Shown here piece by piece: positions 1 through 10,422 of a stretch of 64,000 nucleotides of DNA. This DNA is from Acidobacteriota bacterium (GTDB taxonomy: Bacteria > Acidobacteriota > Vicinamibacteria > Vicinamibacterales > UBA2999): the NCBI GenBank assembly GCA_947503365.1, contig CANNDT010000004.1, positions 14,375 to 78,374 on the forward strand. Reading direction: 5' to 3'. Numbering within the stretch: the stretch's first letter is position 1; each line of letters begins with the position of its first letter. The notes under the pieces are model-generated. The model had not been told where the DNA came from and searched no databases. It saw only the letters and a program-made list of their open reading frames with translations. Made by a program: the position numbers and the translations under genes.

Positions 1-67
1 CGTGCAGGCGGACGAGGACTTCCGGGCCTGGCTCGCGGGCGAGCAGGCCTCGACGACTCGTCCGTGA

Positions 68-550
68 TCACATCAACAGGGTGGCGGCGGTGAGCGCAAG
101 TCCCAGGATCAGGAGCCACATCGGCTGCGCTGACGAGCCTGGGTCTGCCGAGGCCGGTGTATCGGCCGCGGCGGCCGCACTGACGCGCCCCATCGCACTG
201 AACGCAGCGCCGAGCGCGGCGAGCAGCAGGAGCCAGCCGAGCGCGAGCGCGATTCGGACCGGTGTCGAGGCCAGAGGGATGCGCCAGCCAAGGAGCATCA
301 CCGACGCGATCCAGCCGACCATGCTGGCGCCGGCCAGGAGCCGCAGCCGCGCGATCTCCCGATCGGCAGCCTGCCCGCGCAACTCGAGGCGCAAGGCCTC
401 GTCTACCCGCCGGCGCTGCTCGTCGACCTGAGCGCGGTCGAGCTCGAGGCGCGCGCGGTCCATCGGGAGTGAGCCTTTGAAACGCCGCGCGGCGGCGCCC
501 AGCACGACTACCGCCTCGAATGCCCTGGCCAGGGTGCCGAAGACCATCAT
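68..550 (-). CDS. hypothetical membrane protein
   Basis: 160-aa ORF with GC-rich third positions. A charged R/E/L-rich segment is followed by three hydrophobic stretches (MVGWIASVMLLGW, IALALGWLLLLAALGAAF, MWLLILGLALTAATLL). No family recognised. Confidence 0.4.
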   Translation of the reverse strand: MMVFGTLARAFEAVVVLGAAARRFKGSLPMDRARLELDRAQVDEQRRRVDEALRLELRGQAADREIARLRLLAGASMVGWIASVMLLGWRIPLASTPVRIALALGWLLLLAALGAAFSAMGRVSAAAAADTPASADPGSSAQPMWLLILGLALTAATLLM

Positions 551-611
551 GCCCTCAGCTGTTCAAGAGTCGCGCCGCCCGGGCGCCGTGGCCTTGGCGA
601 AGGCGGCGACC

Positions 612-2471
612 CTACTGCGAGCTCAGCCACGCCTCGCGAAACCGCTGCTGAGCTGCCGTTAACGGCTGGCCCGCAGTCTCGGCCGGTACCACCTCCTGCC
701 GCGGATCGGCGGTCAGCCGCAGTGTCGACGTGACACGCTGCCCCTGTCGCTCGAACACGATTGGCACCATCGTGCCGGGCTGCCTGCCGCGGATGGCCGC
801 CTCGAAATCGGCCGCCGATCGCACCGGTACTCCGCCGATCGAGACGATCAGATCGTCCCGATCGAGGCCAGCTGTGTAGGCGGGAGAGTCGAAGGGCGCG
901 GCCGAGGTCAGCCGGGCGCCGCCGCTCGCATCCTGCAGCCGCAGCTGGCCGGCGAACGCCCGTCCCTGGTTCACAGGCCGCATGAGCAGGCCGGCCTGGG
1001 CCAGGAGCGCGGCGTAGTCCACCACGTCGTGACCCTGGATGTATCGGGCGAAGAAGCCCTCGGCGAACTCACGGTTGCCGGACACCTTGGTCAACGCACC
1101 TTTCAGATCGTCCATCGTGTACGGACGCTCGACGTACCCCGGCCGCGTGCCCGGCTTGCCGTGCTGCTGCCAGAGCTCGCGCATGAAGTGGTCGAGGGTC
1201 ACGGCGCCGTCGGAGCGCCCGCGCAACGTCAGGTCGAGCCCGATGCCGAGCGCGCCACCCCACGTGTAGTACGAGATGAAGGTGTTCTCGAAGTTCGTGC
1301 GGTCGATCGCCGCGGCGGCATCGACAAAGGGGGCGAAGCGGCTCATCTCCTCGGCGGTGCGCACCCGGCGGCCTGGGCTGGCGATGGTCGTGCTGATCAT
1401 CTCCCCCAGCTCGGCAGCGAAGTCGGCAACGCTGGTCAGCCCGGACCGCCGCAGCACGAGCGGACCGTAGTAGTTGGTGAACCCTTCGGCCAGCCACAGT
1501 TCGCCCGACATGTTCGCTTCGTCGAAATTGAACGGTTCGAGCGAGCGGGGGCGTATCCGTTCGACGTTCCACGAGTGAAAGAACTCGTGCGAGACCGTAC
1601 CGAGCAGATCATCGCGCCGGGCTCGAATCGACCCGGTCGAGGTCAGGATCGTGCTGTTGCGATGCTCCATGCCGTCGCCGTTTGCCCACGGCAGGTAGTC
1701 GGCGATGAACGTGTAGGTCTCGGCATCAAACAGCGCAAACTCGCCGAAAACGTTGCGCGCCTCGCGCACGACCTTCTCCACGTCACGCGCAAACCCGTCG
1801 AGCTCGGCGTCGCTCCCCTCGTGGTGCACGGCCACCCGGAACGTCGGGTTGCGGGCACCCTCGGCGACGCGGAACGTCCGCAGGGCAAAGGCGCTGAACT
1901 CCGACGGGCTGTCCATCAGGTACTGCAGGTTTGGCGCGGTGTAAGTAAAGGCGTCCGCCGTCGGGAAGAGCTGCGTGGCGACACGCCAGCTGGTGCCGGC
2001 CGGTGGTTCGAAGCGCACCGTTGCCGGCCGATCCTCAAGGCCGCGCGCCCACATCAGCGCCGACGGCATGTTGATGTGCGCGTGGCTCGAATCGATCGAC
2101 AGATACGTGCCATCAGTCCGATCGCCGTAAACACGATAGCTGACGCGAACGGCGGGGCCGGGCTGCGCGACGTGCCACTGGTGCGGGTTCGGCCGCGTGG
2201 CGATCAGTGCCCGACCACCGGCGTCGGTGATGGTGACGGCGAACACGTTCTTGGCGAACTCGTGGAGCGCATAGCGGCCCGGCGACGAGCGGCTCATGTG
2301 CAGTTCCAGCGGCCCAGGCGGCAGGTCGGCGAGAGACATCTCGACCTGCATCCAGCGATGCTCGCGCTCGGGAAACGTCAGCCGGTAGGTGACGGGTGAC
2401 TGGGCAAACGCGACGTCGGCATTCGCCCACGCGAAGAGTACGAGGAGCAGCAGGAGGGGCCGTCTGCGCAT
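612..2471 (-). CDS. secreted M61-family metallopeptidase (glycyl aminopeptidase-like) with C-terminal PDZ domain
   Basis: 619 aa. Signal peptide LLLLLVLFAWANADVAFA; zinc motif HEFFHSWNVERIRP typical of M61; PDZ-like C-terminus (LDRDDLIVSIGGVPV). Confidence 0.85.
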   Translation of the reverse strand: MRRRPLLLLLVLFAWANADVAFAQSPVTYRLTFPEREHRWMQVEMSLADLPPGPLELHMSRSSPGRYALHEFAKNVFAVTITDAGGRALIATRPNPHQWHVAQPGPAVRVSYRVYGDRTDGTYLSIDSSHAHINMPSALMWARGLEDRPATVRFEPPAGTSWRVATQLFPTADAFTYTAPNLQYLMDSPSEFSAFALRTFRVAEGARNPTFRVAVHHEGSDAELDGFARDVEKVVREARNVFGEFALFDAETYTFIADYLPWANGDGMEHRNSTILTSTGSIRARRDDLLGTVSHEFFHSWNVERIRPRSLEPFNFDEANMSGELWLAEGFTNYYGPLVLRRSGLTSVADFAAELGEMISTTIASPGRRVRTAEEMSRFAPFVDAAAAIDRTNFENTFISYYTWGGALGIGLDLTLRGRSDGAVTLDHFMRELWQQHGKPGTRPGYVERPYTMDDLKGALTKVSGNREFAEGFFARYIQGHDVVDYAALLAQAGLLMRPVNQGRAFAGQLRLQDASGGARLTSAAPFDSPAYTAGLDRDDLIVSIGGVPVRSAADFEAAIRGRQPGTMVPIVFERQGQRVTSTLRLTADPRQEVVPAETAGQPLTAAQQRFREAWLSSQ

Positions 2472-2510
2472 GGAGCGGATGCTAGCATGCGGCCCCGCAG
2501 GGCCGACGCG

Positions 2511-4043
2511 TCAGGGAAGACCGACGTGGACGCGCTGCTCTAGCGTGTCGAATCCTGTCGACGCCGCCGGCTCAGGCCAGATCAGGGCCACCGCGAGGGC
2601 GACGGCAAACGACAGCGGAATCGACACCAGCCCGGGGTTCCGCAGCGGGAACGGCGCGGCGGCGTTCTTCAGGATGTCGATCTGGATGGTCGGCGACAGG
2701 TAGATCAGGAGCAGGCTCGACGCGGTCCCGATCAGCATGCTCGCCTGCGCCGCCCTGGTCGTGAAAGGACGCCAGAAGATCGACAGGACGAGGGCCGGAA
2801 AGTTCGCGCTGGCGGCGATCGCGAACGCCAGGCCGACCATATAGGCGACGTTCTGCCCCTTGAACGCGATGCCGAGCACGATCGCGATGATACCGAGCAA
2901 CACCGTCGATCCACGGGCAACCCGCAACTGCTCCTGGTCAGACGCCGACCCGCCACGCACGACATTCACCCAGAGGTCGTGCGAGAGCGCCGCCGCACCG
3001 GCGAGCGTCAACCCGGCAACAACGGCGAGGATCGTCGCGAACGCCACCGCCGAGATGAAGCCGAGAAAGCTCTGGCCGCCGACCGCTTCCGCGAGGAGCG
3101 GTGCCGCCATGTTGCCGCCGGCGTCGATCGCCCGAATCGCCGGCTGCCCGACGATGACCATCGCGCCGAAGCCGAGGATGAACGTCAGCAGGTAGAAGAA
3201 GCCGATGAACGCGGTAGCGTAGGCCACCGATGTGCGCGCCGTCTTCGCATCGGGCACCGTGTAGAAGCGCATCAGGATGTGCGGCAGGCCGGCGGTGCCG
3301 AGCATCAGCGCGAGGCCGAGCGAAATGGCGTCGAGCGGATCCGACACGAGGCGCCCTGGGCCCAGCACGGCGCCGCCGTACTGGTCCGCCGCGGCGGCAA
3401 AGAGGTTCAGCGGGTTCATGCCGAACGGGACGAGCGCCAGCACGGCGAGTGCGAACGCGCCGCACAGCAGCAGCACCGCCTTGACGATCTGCACCCAGGT
3501 CGTCGCGATCATGCCGCCGAAGAGGACATAGGCCAGCATCACCACGCCGACGATCAGCACCGCCGTCTCGTACTCGAGGCCGAAGAGAAGCCGAATCAGG
3601 TTGCCGGCGCCGACCATCTGCGCGATGAGATAGAACGACACGACGGCGAGCGAGCCGATGGCGGCGGCGATGCGGACCGGCCGCTGCCGCAGGCGAAACG
3701 CGACCACGTCCGAGAAGGTGTACTTGCCGAGGTTGCGGAGCGGCTCGGCGATGAGGAACATCACGATCGGCCAGCCGACGAGGAAGCCGATCGAGTAGAT
3801 CAGCCCGTCGAAGCCCGACAGCGCCACCAGGCCGGCGATGCCGAGAAAACTCGCCGCGCTCATGTAGTCGCCGGCCAGGGCCAGCCCGTTCTGCAAACCG
3901 GTGATCTTCCGGCCGGCCGTGTAGAACTGGTCGGCGTTGCGCGTCCGGCGCGCGGCAACGTAGGTGATGCCGAGCGAGATCGCGACGAACAGGAAGAACT
4001 GAAAGATGGCCAGGAGGTTCGGCTCGCCGAGCGTGCTGCTCAT
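2511..4043 (-). CDS. actP: cation/acetate symporter ActP (sodium:solute symporter family)
   Basis: 510 aa, polytopic. The N-terminus ([29 protein letters not shown]) is typical of ActP. Its ATG overlaps the stop of the DUF485 gene (ATGA), as in yjcH-actP pairs. Confidence 0.9.
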   Translation of the reverse strand: MSSTLGEPNLLAIFQFFLFVAISLGITYVAARRTRNADQFYTAGRKITGLQNGLALAGDYMSAASFLGIAGLVALSGFDGLIYSIGFLVGWPIVMFLIAEPLRNLGKYTFSDVVAFRLRQRPVRIAAAIGSLAVVSFYLIAQMVGAGNLIRLLFGLEYETAVLIVGVVMLAYVLFGGMIATTWVQIVKAVLLLCGAFALAVLALVPFGMNPLNLFAAAADQYGGAVLGPGRLVSDPLDAISLGLALMLGTAGLPHILMRFYTVPDAKTARTSVAYATAFIGFFYLLTFILGFGAMVIVGQPAIRAIDAGGNMAAPLLAEAVGGQSFLGFISAVAFATILAVVAGLTLAGAAALSHDLWVNVVRGGSASDQEQLRVARGSTVLLGIIAIVLGIAFKGQNVAYMVGLAFAIAASANFPALVLSIFWRPFTTRAAQASMLIGTASSLLLIYLSPTIQIDILKNAAAPFPLRNPGLVSIPLSFAVALAVALIWPEPAASTGFDTLEQRVHVGLP

Positions 4044-4339
4044 TGCTCGTCCCGGCGCTCGTCCCGGCGCTCGTCCCGGTACGCGGCAATCGCGTCGTCG
4101 TAGGTCGTATTCGCCCAGCGCACGTAAATCCAGATGAGCGCCCAGGCGGCCACGATCACCAGCACGCCGAGAAGGATGCCGACGCTCAGGCCCGGCGTGA
4201 CCGTTCGGGTGAGCAGCGGCTTGGCGTAGGCGATGAGCAGGATGAAGCCGACGTAGAGCACCGTCATCACCAGCGTGAGGGTGCCGGCGATCCGGCGGCG
4301 CGACGAATCGAGGTTCCTCAGCGCGTCGGTTCGGGTCAT
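4040..4339 (-). CDS. DUF485 (YjcH-like) small inner-membrane protein
   Basis: 99 aa with two hydrophobic helices, immediately upstream of and overlapping actP. The C-terminal tail [12 protein letters not shown] is encoded by a 3 x 12-bp tandem repeat. Confidence 0.8.
   Translation of the reverse strand: MTRTDALRNLDSSRRRIAGTLTLVMTVLYVGFILLIAYAKPLLTRTVTPGLSVGILLGVLVIVAAWALIWIYVRWANTTYDDAIAAYRDERRDERRDEQ
4045..4080. repeat. 3 x 12-bp tandem repeat (GCTCGTCCCGGC) at the DUF485 3' end
   Basis: Read directly: gctcgtcccggc gctcgtcccggc gctcgtcccggt. It encodes the RDER repeats on the minus strand. Confidence 0.85.
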
Positions 4340-5307
4340 CGCCCAGGAGTATAGGGGACCACGGGTAGTGGACGGCCCCGGTATCTCGCCAGCGTGCGGT
4401 GGACCACGTCTCCCATCATGTCGAGAAACATCGGGTCGTCATTGACCGCCGCCGCGCGCGCCATGGGCAGTCCGGCCTCGGCGCAGGCCTGCGCCGCTTC
4501 GTGATCGAGGTCGTAGAGCACCTCGATGTGATCGCAGACGAACCCGATCGGGCACAGCACCGCTGCGCCCAGTCCAGCCGCACGCTCCTGGCGCAGATAG
4601 GCGCAGACGTCCGGCTCGAGCCACGGATCGCCAGGGCGGCCGCTCCGGCTCTGATACACCAGCGCCCAGTCTCTGCCAACGCGGGCGGCAATCGCGCGCG
4701 CCGACGCTTCGAGTTGTTCGCGATACCGGCTCCTGTCGGCCATGCTCGTCGGGATGCTGTGCGCCGTAAAGACGATGCGCGCGCCGGGCTGCAACTCGCG
4801 CGGCAGGCGAGCGAGCGCCTGTTCGACGTGCTGAGCGTTGGTCTCGATGAACTGCGGATGGTCGAACCAGCTCTCGACGTAGGTCACGTTGATGTCGCCC
4901 GGGCGGGATGCGCGTAACTCGGCGCGGGCCGCCGCCACGTTCTCCCGGTACTGCTCGCAGCTCGAATAGGAGTGGTGCGGCGCGGCGATGAAGCCGATCG
5001 CGTTCCGCACCCCATCGTCGTACATCTGCCGAAGGGTGTCGGCGAGGTAGGGGTGCCAGTTGCGCATGCCGACGTAGACCGGGAGCGGCCGGCCCGCGGC
5101 CGCCAGGCGCACGCGGAGTCCATCCGCCTGCCGCTGGGTCAGGTCGGTAATCGGCGAGACGCCGCCAAACTGTTCGTAGTGATGCGCGACTTCTTCGACC
5201 CGCTCCGGGGAGACACGGCGTCCGCGGAGCACGTTGGCGAGAAACGGGGGGACATCGCCCAGGCCTTGTGGACCGCCGAAGGCGATGAGAAGAACGGAAT
5301 CGAACAC
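4336..5307 (-). CDS. hemH: ferrochelatase
   Basis: Ferrochelatase-like throughout ([44 protein letters not shown]). The start is trimmed to GTG 5307 because the longer ORF (to 5433) overlaps rpoZ. The stop overlaps the DUF485 ATG (ATGA). Confidence 0.85.
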   Translation of the reverse strand: MFDSVLLIAFGGPQGLGDVPPFLANVLRGRRVSPERVEEVAHHYEQFGGVSPITDLTQRQADGLRVRLAAAGRPLPVYVGMRNWHPYLADTLRQMYDDGVRNAIGFIAAPHHSYSSCEQYRENVAAARAELRASRPGDINVTYVESWFDHPQFIETNAQHVEQALARLPRELQPGARIVFTAHSIPTSMADRSRYREQLEASARAIAARVGRDWALVYQSRSGRPGDPWLEPDVCAYLRQERAAGLGAAVLCPIGFVCDHIEVLYDLDHEAAQACAEAGLPMARAAAVNDDPMFLDMMGDVVHRTLARYRGRPLPVVPYTPGR

Positions 5308-5317
5308 GTCGAGGATT

Positions 5318-5509
5318 CTAGAGGAGAGAGGCCACCGGGACGGGATCGGCCTTGGCCACCTTGCCGGTGGCAACCTCGATCTGCGCCGTCGTGATGACCT
5401 TGTGCCCGACCGCGACACGGGGGATGCAGCCACGCATCAGCTGCTTGGCGCGGAGCGAGGAAACGATGACGAACTCGAACTGGTTCATGCCGACGGGACG
5501 TTCAACCAC
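5318..5509 (-). CDS. rpoZ: DNA-directed RNA polymerase subunit omega
   Basis: VVERPVGMNQFEFVIVSSLRAKQLMRG resembles the omega N-terminus (xxRFxLVxxAAxRAxQL). GTG at 5509 follows AGGTAGGA; alternative ATG at 5488. The rest of the listed 121-aa ORF is antisense to tRNA-Ser. Confidence 0.7.
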   Translation of the reverse strand: MVERPVGMNQFEFVIVSSLRAKQLMRGCIPRVAVGHKVITTAQIEVATGKVAKADPVPVASLL

Positions 5510-5603
5510 GTGGTTCCTACCTGCGATTTCCCGCGATCGCCTGACGCGTATTTCCGCTGCTACAAAAGGACGACCGCTGGTCGCTGACGGGAACAGAGGG
5601 AGT

Positions 5604-5697
5604 TGGCGGTGAGGCAGGGATTCGAACCCTGGGTACAACTTTAAGGTCGTACAACGGTTTAGCAAACCGCCGCTTTCGGCCACTCAGCCACCTCACC
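5604..5697 (-). tRNA. tRNA-Ser (anticodon GCU), long variable arm, encoded CCA
   Basis: Hand fold: acceptor GGTGAGG/CCTCACC, anticodon stem GCGGT/ACCGT with loop TTGCTAA, T-arm CAGGG-TTCGAAT-CCCTG, discriminator G then CCA. Confidence 0.9.
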
Positions 5698-5725
5698 GCG
5701 CGAGCCTTTAAGTATATGACACGGG

Positions 5726-7225
5726 CTACTCCAGCCAGTCGAGCGAGCGGGTGACGGCCTTTTTCCAGTGCCGGAGCATCCGCTGCCGCTCCTCGTCCTG
5801 CATCCCGGCCTGCCAGCGCCGGCTTTCGACCCATCGCGAGCGCAGGTCATCGAGATCGCGAAAGACCCCCGCCGACAATCCGGCCGCGAAGGCGGCGCCG
5901 AGCGCGGTGGTTTCCCGGATTGCCGGTCGCACCACCGGACGATCGACGATGTCGGCCTGGAACTGCATCAGGAGGTCGTCATCGGTCATCCCGCCGTCGA
6001 CGCGCAGGGTTTCGAGGTGTACGCCGGAGTCCTGCTCCATCGCCTGCAGCACCTCCCAGGTCTGAAACGCCGTCGCCTCGAGCACGGCACGCGCGAGATG
6101 TCCGCGGTTGGCGAATCGCGTCAGGCCAACGATAGTCCCGCGGGCGTTGTCGTTCCAGTACGGTGCGTACAGACCCGAAAACGCCGGCACGAAGTAGACG
6201 CCGCCGTTGTCGGGCACCGTGCGCGCCAGGGTTTCGATGTCGGCGCTGGTCTGAATCAGCCCGAGGTTGTCGCGCATCCACTGGACGAGCGCGCCGGTGA
6301 TCGCGACGCTCCCTTCCAGCGCATAGCGAGCCGGCTCGCTGCCAAACCGATACGCCACAGTCGTCAACAGGCCGCACTCCGAGCGGACCGGCGTGTCACC
6401 CGTGTTCATCAACAGAAAGCATCCGGTGCCGTAAGTGTTCTTGGCGTCGCCGGGGTTGAAGCAGGTCTGCCCGACGAGCGCCGCGTGCTGGTCCCCGAGG
6501 ATGCCAGTGATCGCCACACCCTGCACCGGCTCCGCTGCCGCGACGCCGTAATGCTCACTGCTCGAGCGAATCGACGGCAGCATGGCCCGCGGTATCTCGA
6601 AGATCGCCAGCAGCCCCGGATCCCATTCCAGCGTGCGCAGATTCATCAGCTGAGTCCGGCTCGCATTCGTCACGTCCGTGACGTGCACGCCACCATGGGG
6701 GCCGCCGGTGAGTTGCCAGAGCAGGAAAGTGTCGATGGTACCGAACAGCGCGTCACCGCCGTCCGCAAGGGCGCGGGCGCCCGGCACATGGTCGAGGATC
6801 CAGCGAAGTTTCAACGCGCTGAAGTAGCTTGACGGCGGAAGGCCGGTGCGATTGCGGAAGTAGTCCGCGCCGAGGCGACCGGCGAAGATCGCAACCTCGT
6901 CAGACACCCGTGTGTCCTGCCAGACGAGCGCATTGCAGAGCGGCGCGCCGGTGTGGCGGTTCCAGACGACGGTGGTCTCGCGCTGATTGGTGATGCCGAT
7001 GGCGGCGAGATCGGCGGCGACCAGGCCCCCGGATCGCAAGGCAGCGGCGATTACCGTCTGGGTGTTCCGCCAGATCTCGACGGGGTCATGTTCGACCCAA
7101 CCGGCCTGCGGGTAGATCTGCCGGTGCTCCAGCTGCGACTCCGCCACTACCCGGGTGGACTCGTCGAACACGATGAAGCGGGTGCTGGTGGTGCCCTGAT
7201 CGATGGCTCAGAGATAGTGCGGCAT
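5726..7225 (-). pseudogene. glpK: glycerol kinase with an in-frame TGA at codon 6 (7208..7210); otherwise full length
   Basis: The 481-aa ORF is GlpK-like ([23 protein letters not shown]). Upstream in the same frame: ATG(7225) CCG CAC TAT CTC TGA GCC ATC GAT CAG GGC ACC ACC AGC = [13 protein letters not shown]. The ATP-binding DQGTTS motif therefore lies upstream of the only downstream start (GTG 7171). Confidence 0.75.
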
Positions 7226-7237
7226 CGATCCGGCGAG

Positions 7238-8883
7238 CTAGCGCCCAACGTCGAGCGTCTCGCGAACCCTCACCAACAGCCGGTCGGGTGAAAACGGCTT
7301 CTGGAGAAAGGCGATGTCGGCGTCGAGCACGCCGGAACTGACGATCGACTGATCGGCGTAGCCCGACGTGTAGAGCACGCGGAGCGAGGGCCGTTGCGCC
7401 AGCAGGAGCCGTGCGAGGTCACGGCCGCTCATCCTGGGCATCACGACGTCGGTGAAGAGCAGATGAATCGGCGCGCTGTGGCCCCTGGCCAGCTCCAGCG
7501 CGGCGGCACCGCAATCGGCGGCGAGCACCGTAAGCCCTGCCGCTCGAGCGTCGCCCGCGCGACATCGCGAACCGCGTCCTGATCCTCGACGACCAGAATC
7601 GTTTCGGTGCCCTCGAGCCGCTTCGGCAGCACCGCCGGCGGCGCCTCCTCGGCGCCGCGCGCAGCCTGCGGCAGATAGACCTTGAACGTCGTGCCGCGGC
7701 CGACTTCGCTGTGCACCCAGATCGATCCGCCGCTCTGTTGCACGATGCCGTAGACCGTCGCCAGGCCGAGCCCGGTGCCTTGCCCCGGCTCCTTGGTTGT
7801 GAAGAACGGCTCGAACAGGCGCCCGCGCGTGGCCTCATCCATGCCGATGCCCGTGTCGCTCACCCCGATCATCGCGTGGGCGCCTCGTGAGCTGCCGGGA
7901 TGGTGCTCGGCGTACGCGGTGTCGATGATGACCGTGGCCGTCTCGATCGTCAGCGTCCCGCCCCCGGGCATGGCGTCGCGCGCATTGATCGCCAGGTTCA
8001 TCAACACCTGTTCAATCTGCCCGGGATCGGCGTTCACCCGCTTGAGTGTGGGGTCACAGCGGGTGACCAGCTGCACCTGCGCGCCGAGCGTGCGCCGCAA
8101 CAGTGTTTCCATCCTGCCGATGAGGACGTTGAGATCCAGGCTCTGCGGCTGCAGGATCTGCTTGCGGCCGAAGGCGAGGAGCTGGCGCGTCAGCGCCGAG
8201 GCGCTAAGAGCGGCGTACAACACCTGTTCAACGTCCTGGCGCACGCGATGGTCCGGCTCGAGACGGGCGAGCGTCAGCTCGGTGAAGCCGATGATGGCCG
8301 TCAGCAGGTTGTTGAAGTCGTGGGCGACGCCGCCGGCGAGCTGGCCGATCCCGTCCATCTTCTGCGCCTGGCGGAGCTGCATCTCGAGCTGGTGGCGCTC
8401 GGTGACGTCGATGCCGACGCCGGCCGTGCGCACCGGAACGCCCCGCTCGTTGTAGATGGCGCGCCCGATCTCGTTGACCGCGTGCTCGCTGCCGTCGGGC
8501 CAAATCGTCTGGTAGACGACGTTCCAGTCGCGACGCTCGCGAACCGCGCGGTCGATCGCGTCGCGGACGACCACGCGTTCATCCGGGTGGACGTGAGCGA
8601 GGAACGCTTCGACCGTCCCGGGAAACGTATCGGTATCGACGCCGTGGAGCGCCTTGAGTTGCGTGGACCATCGGCCAGTGCCGGTGGTGAGATCGGTTTC
8701 CCACGTCCCGACGCCCGCCGCCTCGAGGGCGAAACGCATGCGATCTTCCGTCTCACGCAACGCGTCCTCGGCCCGCTGCCGCCGGGTGAAATGCCGCGAG
8801 AAGCGGCGCACGGCGAACGCGGTCACCAGGATCAGTGCCAGGAGCAACAGGGCAAGCAGACGCGCGTCGTCGGACCCCACCAT
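7238..8883 (-). pseudogene. hybrid sensor histidine kinase / response regulator (TM-PAS-HisKA-HATPase-REC), receiver domain split by a 1-nt frameshift near 7530
   Basis: H-box [11 protein letters not shown]; ATPase motifs NLAINARDAMP, DTGIGMD, GQGTGLGL. The receiver starts TILVVEDQDAVRDVARATLERQGL in one frame and continues (T)VLAADCGAAALEL...LLFTDVVMP...YTSGY...FLQKPF in ORF 7238..7528. N-terminal start uncertain (ATG 8883 or 8937). The ORF part above 8937 is antisense to gltX. Confidence 0.8.
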
Positions 8884-8946
8884 CACTGAATAGGAATAGT
8901 AGGCCACCACGCGGCCAAATTGCCGGTACCAGCCCATAATTGCCGT

Positions 8947-10281
8947 GTGGTCCCGCGCGTTCGCTTTGCTCCATCCCCCACAGGTTTTCTGCACGTCGGC
9001 GGCGCCCGGACGGCGCTCTTCAACTGGCTGTACGCCAGGCGCCACGGCGGGACGTTCGTGCTGCGCATCGAAGACACCGATGTCGAGCGCTCGTCCGCCG
9101 ACATGGTGACGGGGATCCTTGAGGGCCTCCGGTGGCTCGGGTTGACGTGGGACGAAGGTCCCGACACGGGCGGACCCCACGCGCCATACTTTCAGTCCGC
9201 CCGCTACGACCGGCATCGGGCCGCCGCGCAGCGACTGATCGATTCGGGCCGCGCGTATCACGATGAGGGCGCGGTCCGCTTCAAGGTGCCCGACGGCATC
9301 GTCGCTTTCGACGACGTCGTGCATGGGCGGATCGAGTTCAACGGCGCCGACCTTGAAGACTTCGTCATCGTCCGATCCGATGGCCATCCGCTCTATCACC
9401 TGTCGGTCGTGGTCGATGACATCGACATGCGGATCACGCACGTCATCCGCGGTGACGATCACATTTCGAACACGCCCAAGCACGTGCTGCTGTTTCACGC
9501 GCTCGGCGGAACGGTGCCGGTGTTTGCCCACGTGCCGCTCATCCTCGGCGCGGACAAGAAGCGTCTGAGCAAGCGGCATGGTGCCACCTCGGTGACCGAG
9601 TACCAGCGGCAGGGCTACCTTCCCGAGGCGATGACCAATTTTCTCGCGCTGCTCGGGTGGTCACCGGGCGACGATCGCGAGCTCATGTCCCGGGAGGAGC
9701 TCGTCGCCGGATTCGCCCTGGAGGGCATCAGCGGCGGGAACGCCGTGTTCGACACGACGAAGCTTGATTGGATGAACGGGCAGTACATCGCGCGCCTGCC
9801 GATCGCCGCCCTGGCGGCGCAGGTCACCCCACTCCTCGAGGAAGCAGGTCTCTGGCCGGTCGTCGGCGAGCGCGCCACGCCGGCGTGGCTTCATCGTCTG
9901 CTCGAGTTGCTGCGGCCGCGCGCCAAGCGCCTGACGGACTTCGCCGGGCAGGCCAGGCCGTTTCTCGCTGATACCGTCGAGTACGACCAGGAGGCGGTAG
10001 AGAAGCACCTCCGTACGCCAGGCTTGGACGGCCACCTCGGCGCGCTCCTGACGGCGCTCCGTGACGCTGCACCATTCGATGACCCACATGTGGAACTGGC
10101 GGTGCGAGGAACGGCAGAACAGCGTGGCGTGAAGCCAGGGGCCCTCATCCATGCAGTGCGGGTAGGGATTACCGGCCGCACGACCAGTCCCGGGATCTTC
10201 GAGTCGATCGTGCTCCTGGGGCGAGAGCGGACCCTGGCCCGCCTCGAGCGGCTCGTCGTCTTCGTAGCGACCCAGATCTAG
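8947..10281 (+). CDS. gltX: glutamate--tRNA ligase
   Basis: VRFAPSPTGFLHVGGARTALFNW (HIGH-type) and KRLSKRHG (KMSKS-type). Start placed at GTG 8947 (VVPRVRFAPSPTG); TTG 8920 is possible. Confidence 0.9.
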   Translation: MVPRVRFAPSPTGFLHVGGARTALFNWLYARRHGGTFVLRIEDTDVERSSADMVTGILEGLRWLGLTWDEGPDTGGPHAPYFQSARYDRHRAAAQRLIDSGRAYHDEGAVRFKVPDGIVAFDDVVHGRIEFNGADLEDFVIVRSDGHPLYHLSVVVDDIDMRITHVIRGDDHISNTPKHVLLFHALGGTVPVFAHVPLILGADKKRLSKRHGATSVTEYQRQGYLPEAMTNFLALLGWSPGDDRELMSREELVAGFALEGISGGNAVFDTTKLDWMNGQYIARLPIAALAAQVTPLLEEAGLWPVVGERATPAWLHRLLELLRPRAKRLTDFAGQARPFLADTVEYDQEAVEKHLRTPGLDGHLGALLTALRDAAPFDDPHVELAVRGTAEQRGVKPGALIHAVRVGITGRTTSPGIFESIVLLGRERTLARLERLVVFVATQI

Positions 10282-10406
10282 TTTTTCCCTAACGAATTCG
10301 CCTTCAGCACGCCCAAACAGGCCGACCGGCCTGGTCTTTCCTGGCTCTTCCATATAACCGCTAAGTTCCTTTATTGATGAGGGTTACAAGATTCCATTTT
10401 GAGCCG

Positions 10407-10422
10407 TGGCACCTCGGTTGCA
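10407..10422 (+). promoter_or_regulatory. sigma-54 (-24/-12) promoter candidate
   Basis: TGGCAC-CTCGG-TTGCA is an exact fit to TGGCAC-N5-TTGCW. It lies 73 nt upstream of the KGG gene start in a non-coding gap. Confidence 0.55.

Noticed and set aside
2-67. Open plus-strand frame ending in TGA at 65-67 (VQADEDFRAWLAGEQASTTRP*), possibly the 3' end of a gene cut by the window edge.
   Set aside because: Only 21 codons are visible and there is no recognisable motif, which is too little to call a feature.
5504-5515. Perfect 12-bp palindrome AACCACGTGGTT at the rpoZ start, with a parS-like CACGTG core.
   Set aside because: The flanks do not fit TGTTNCACGTGAAACA. Several other CACGTG-centred short palindromes occur within coding regions, so this is probably chance in GC-rich DNA.
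7208-7210. The TGA in glpK as selenocysteine, or genome-wide TGA reassignment.
   Set aside because: The position aligns with a hydrophobic residue in GlpK. I see no SECIS-like hairpin immediately downstream. TGA clearly functions as a stop for many genes in this window (for example hemH, actF, glmU, dnaA).
7526-7540. Programmed -1 ribosomal frameshift in the hybrid kinase.
   Set aside because: The junction (CAG GGC TTA CGG) has no X XXY YYZ slippery heptamer and no obvious downstream pseudoknot. A 1-nt deletion or sequencing error is simpler.
8884-9579. N-terminal 230 residues of ORF 7441..9579 (apparent 712-aa kinase).
   Set aside because: This part is antisense to gltX and has no kinase or sensor features. 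The kinase plausibly starts at ATG 8883 or 8937, just before its TM segment.
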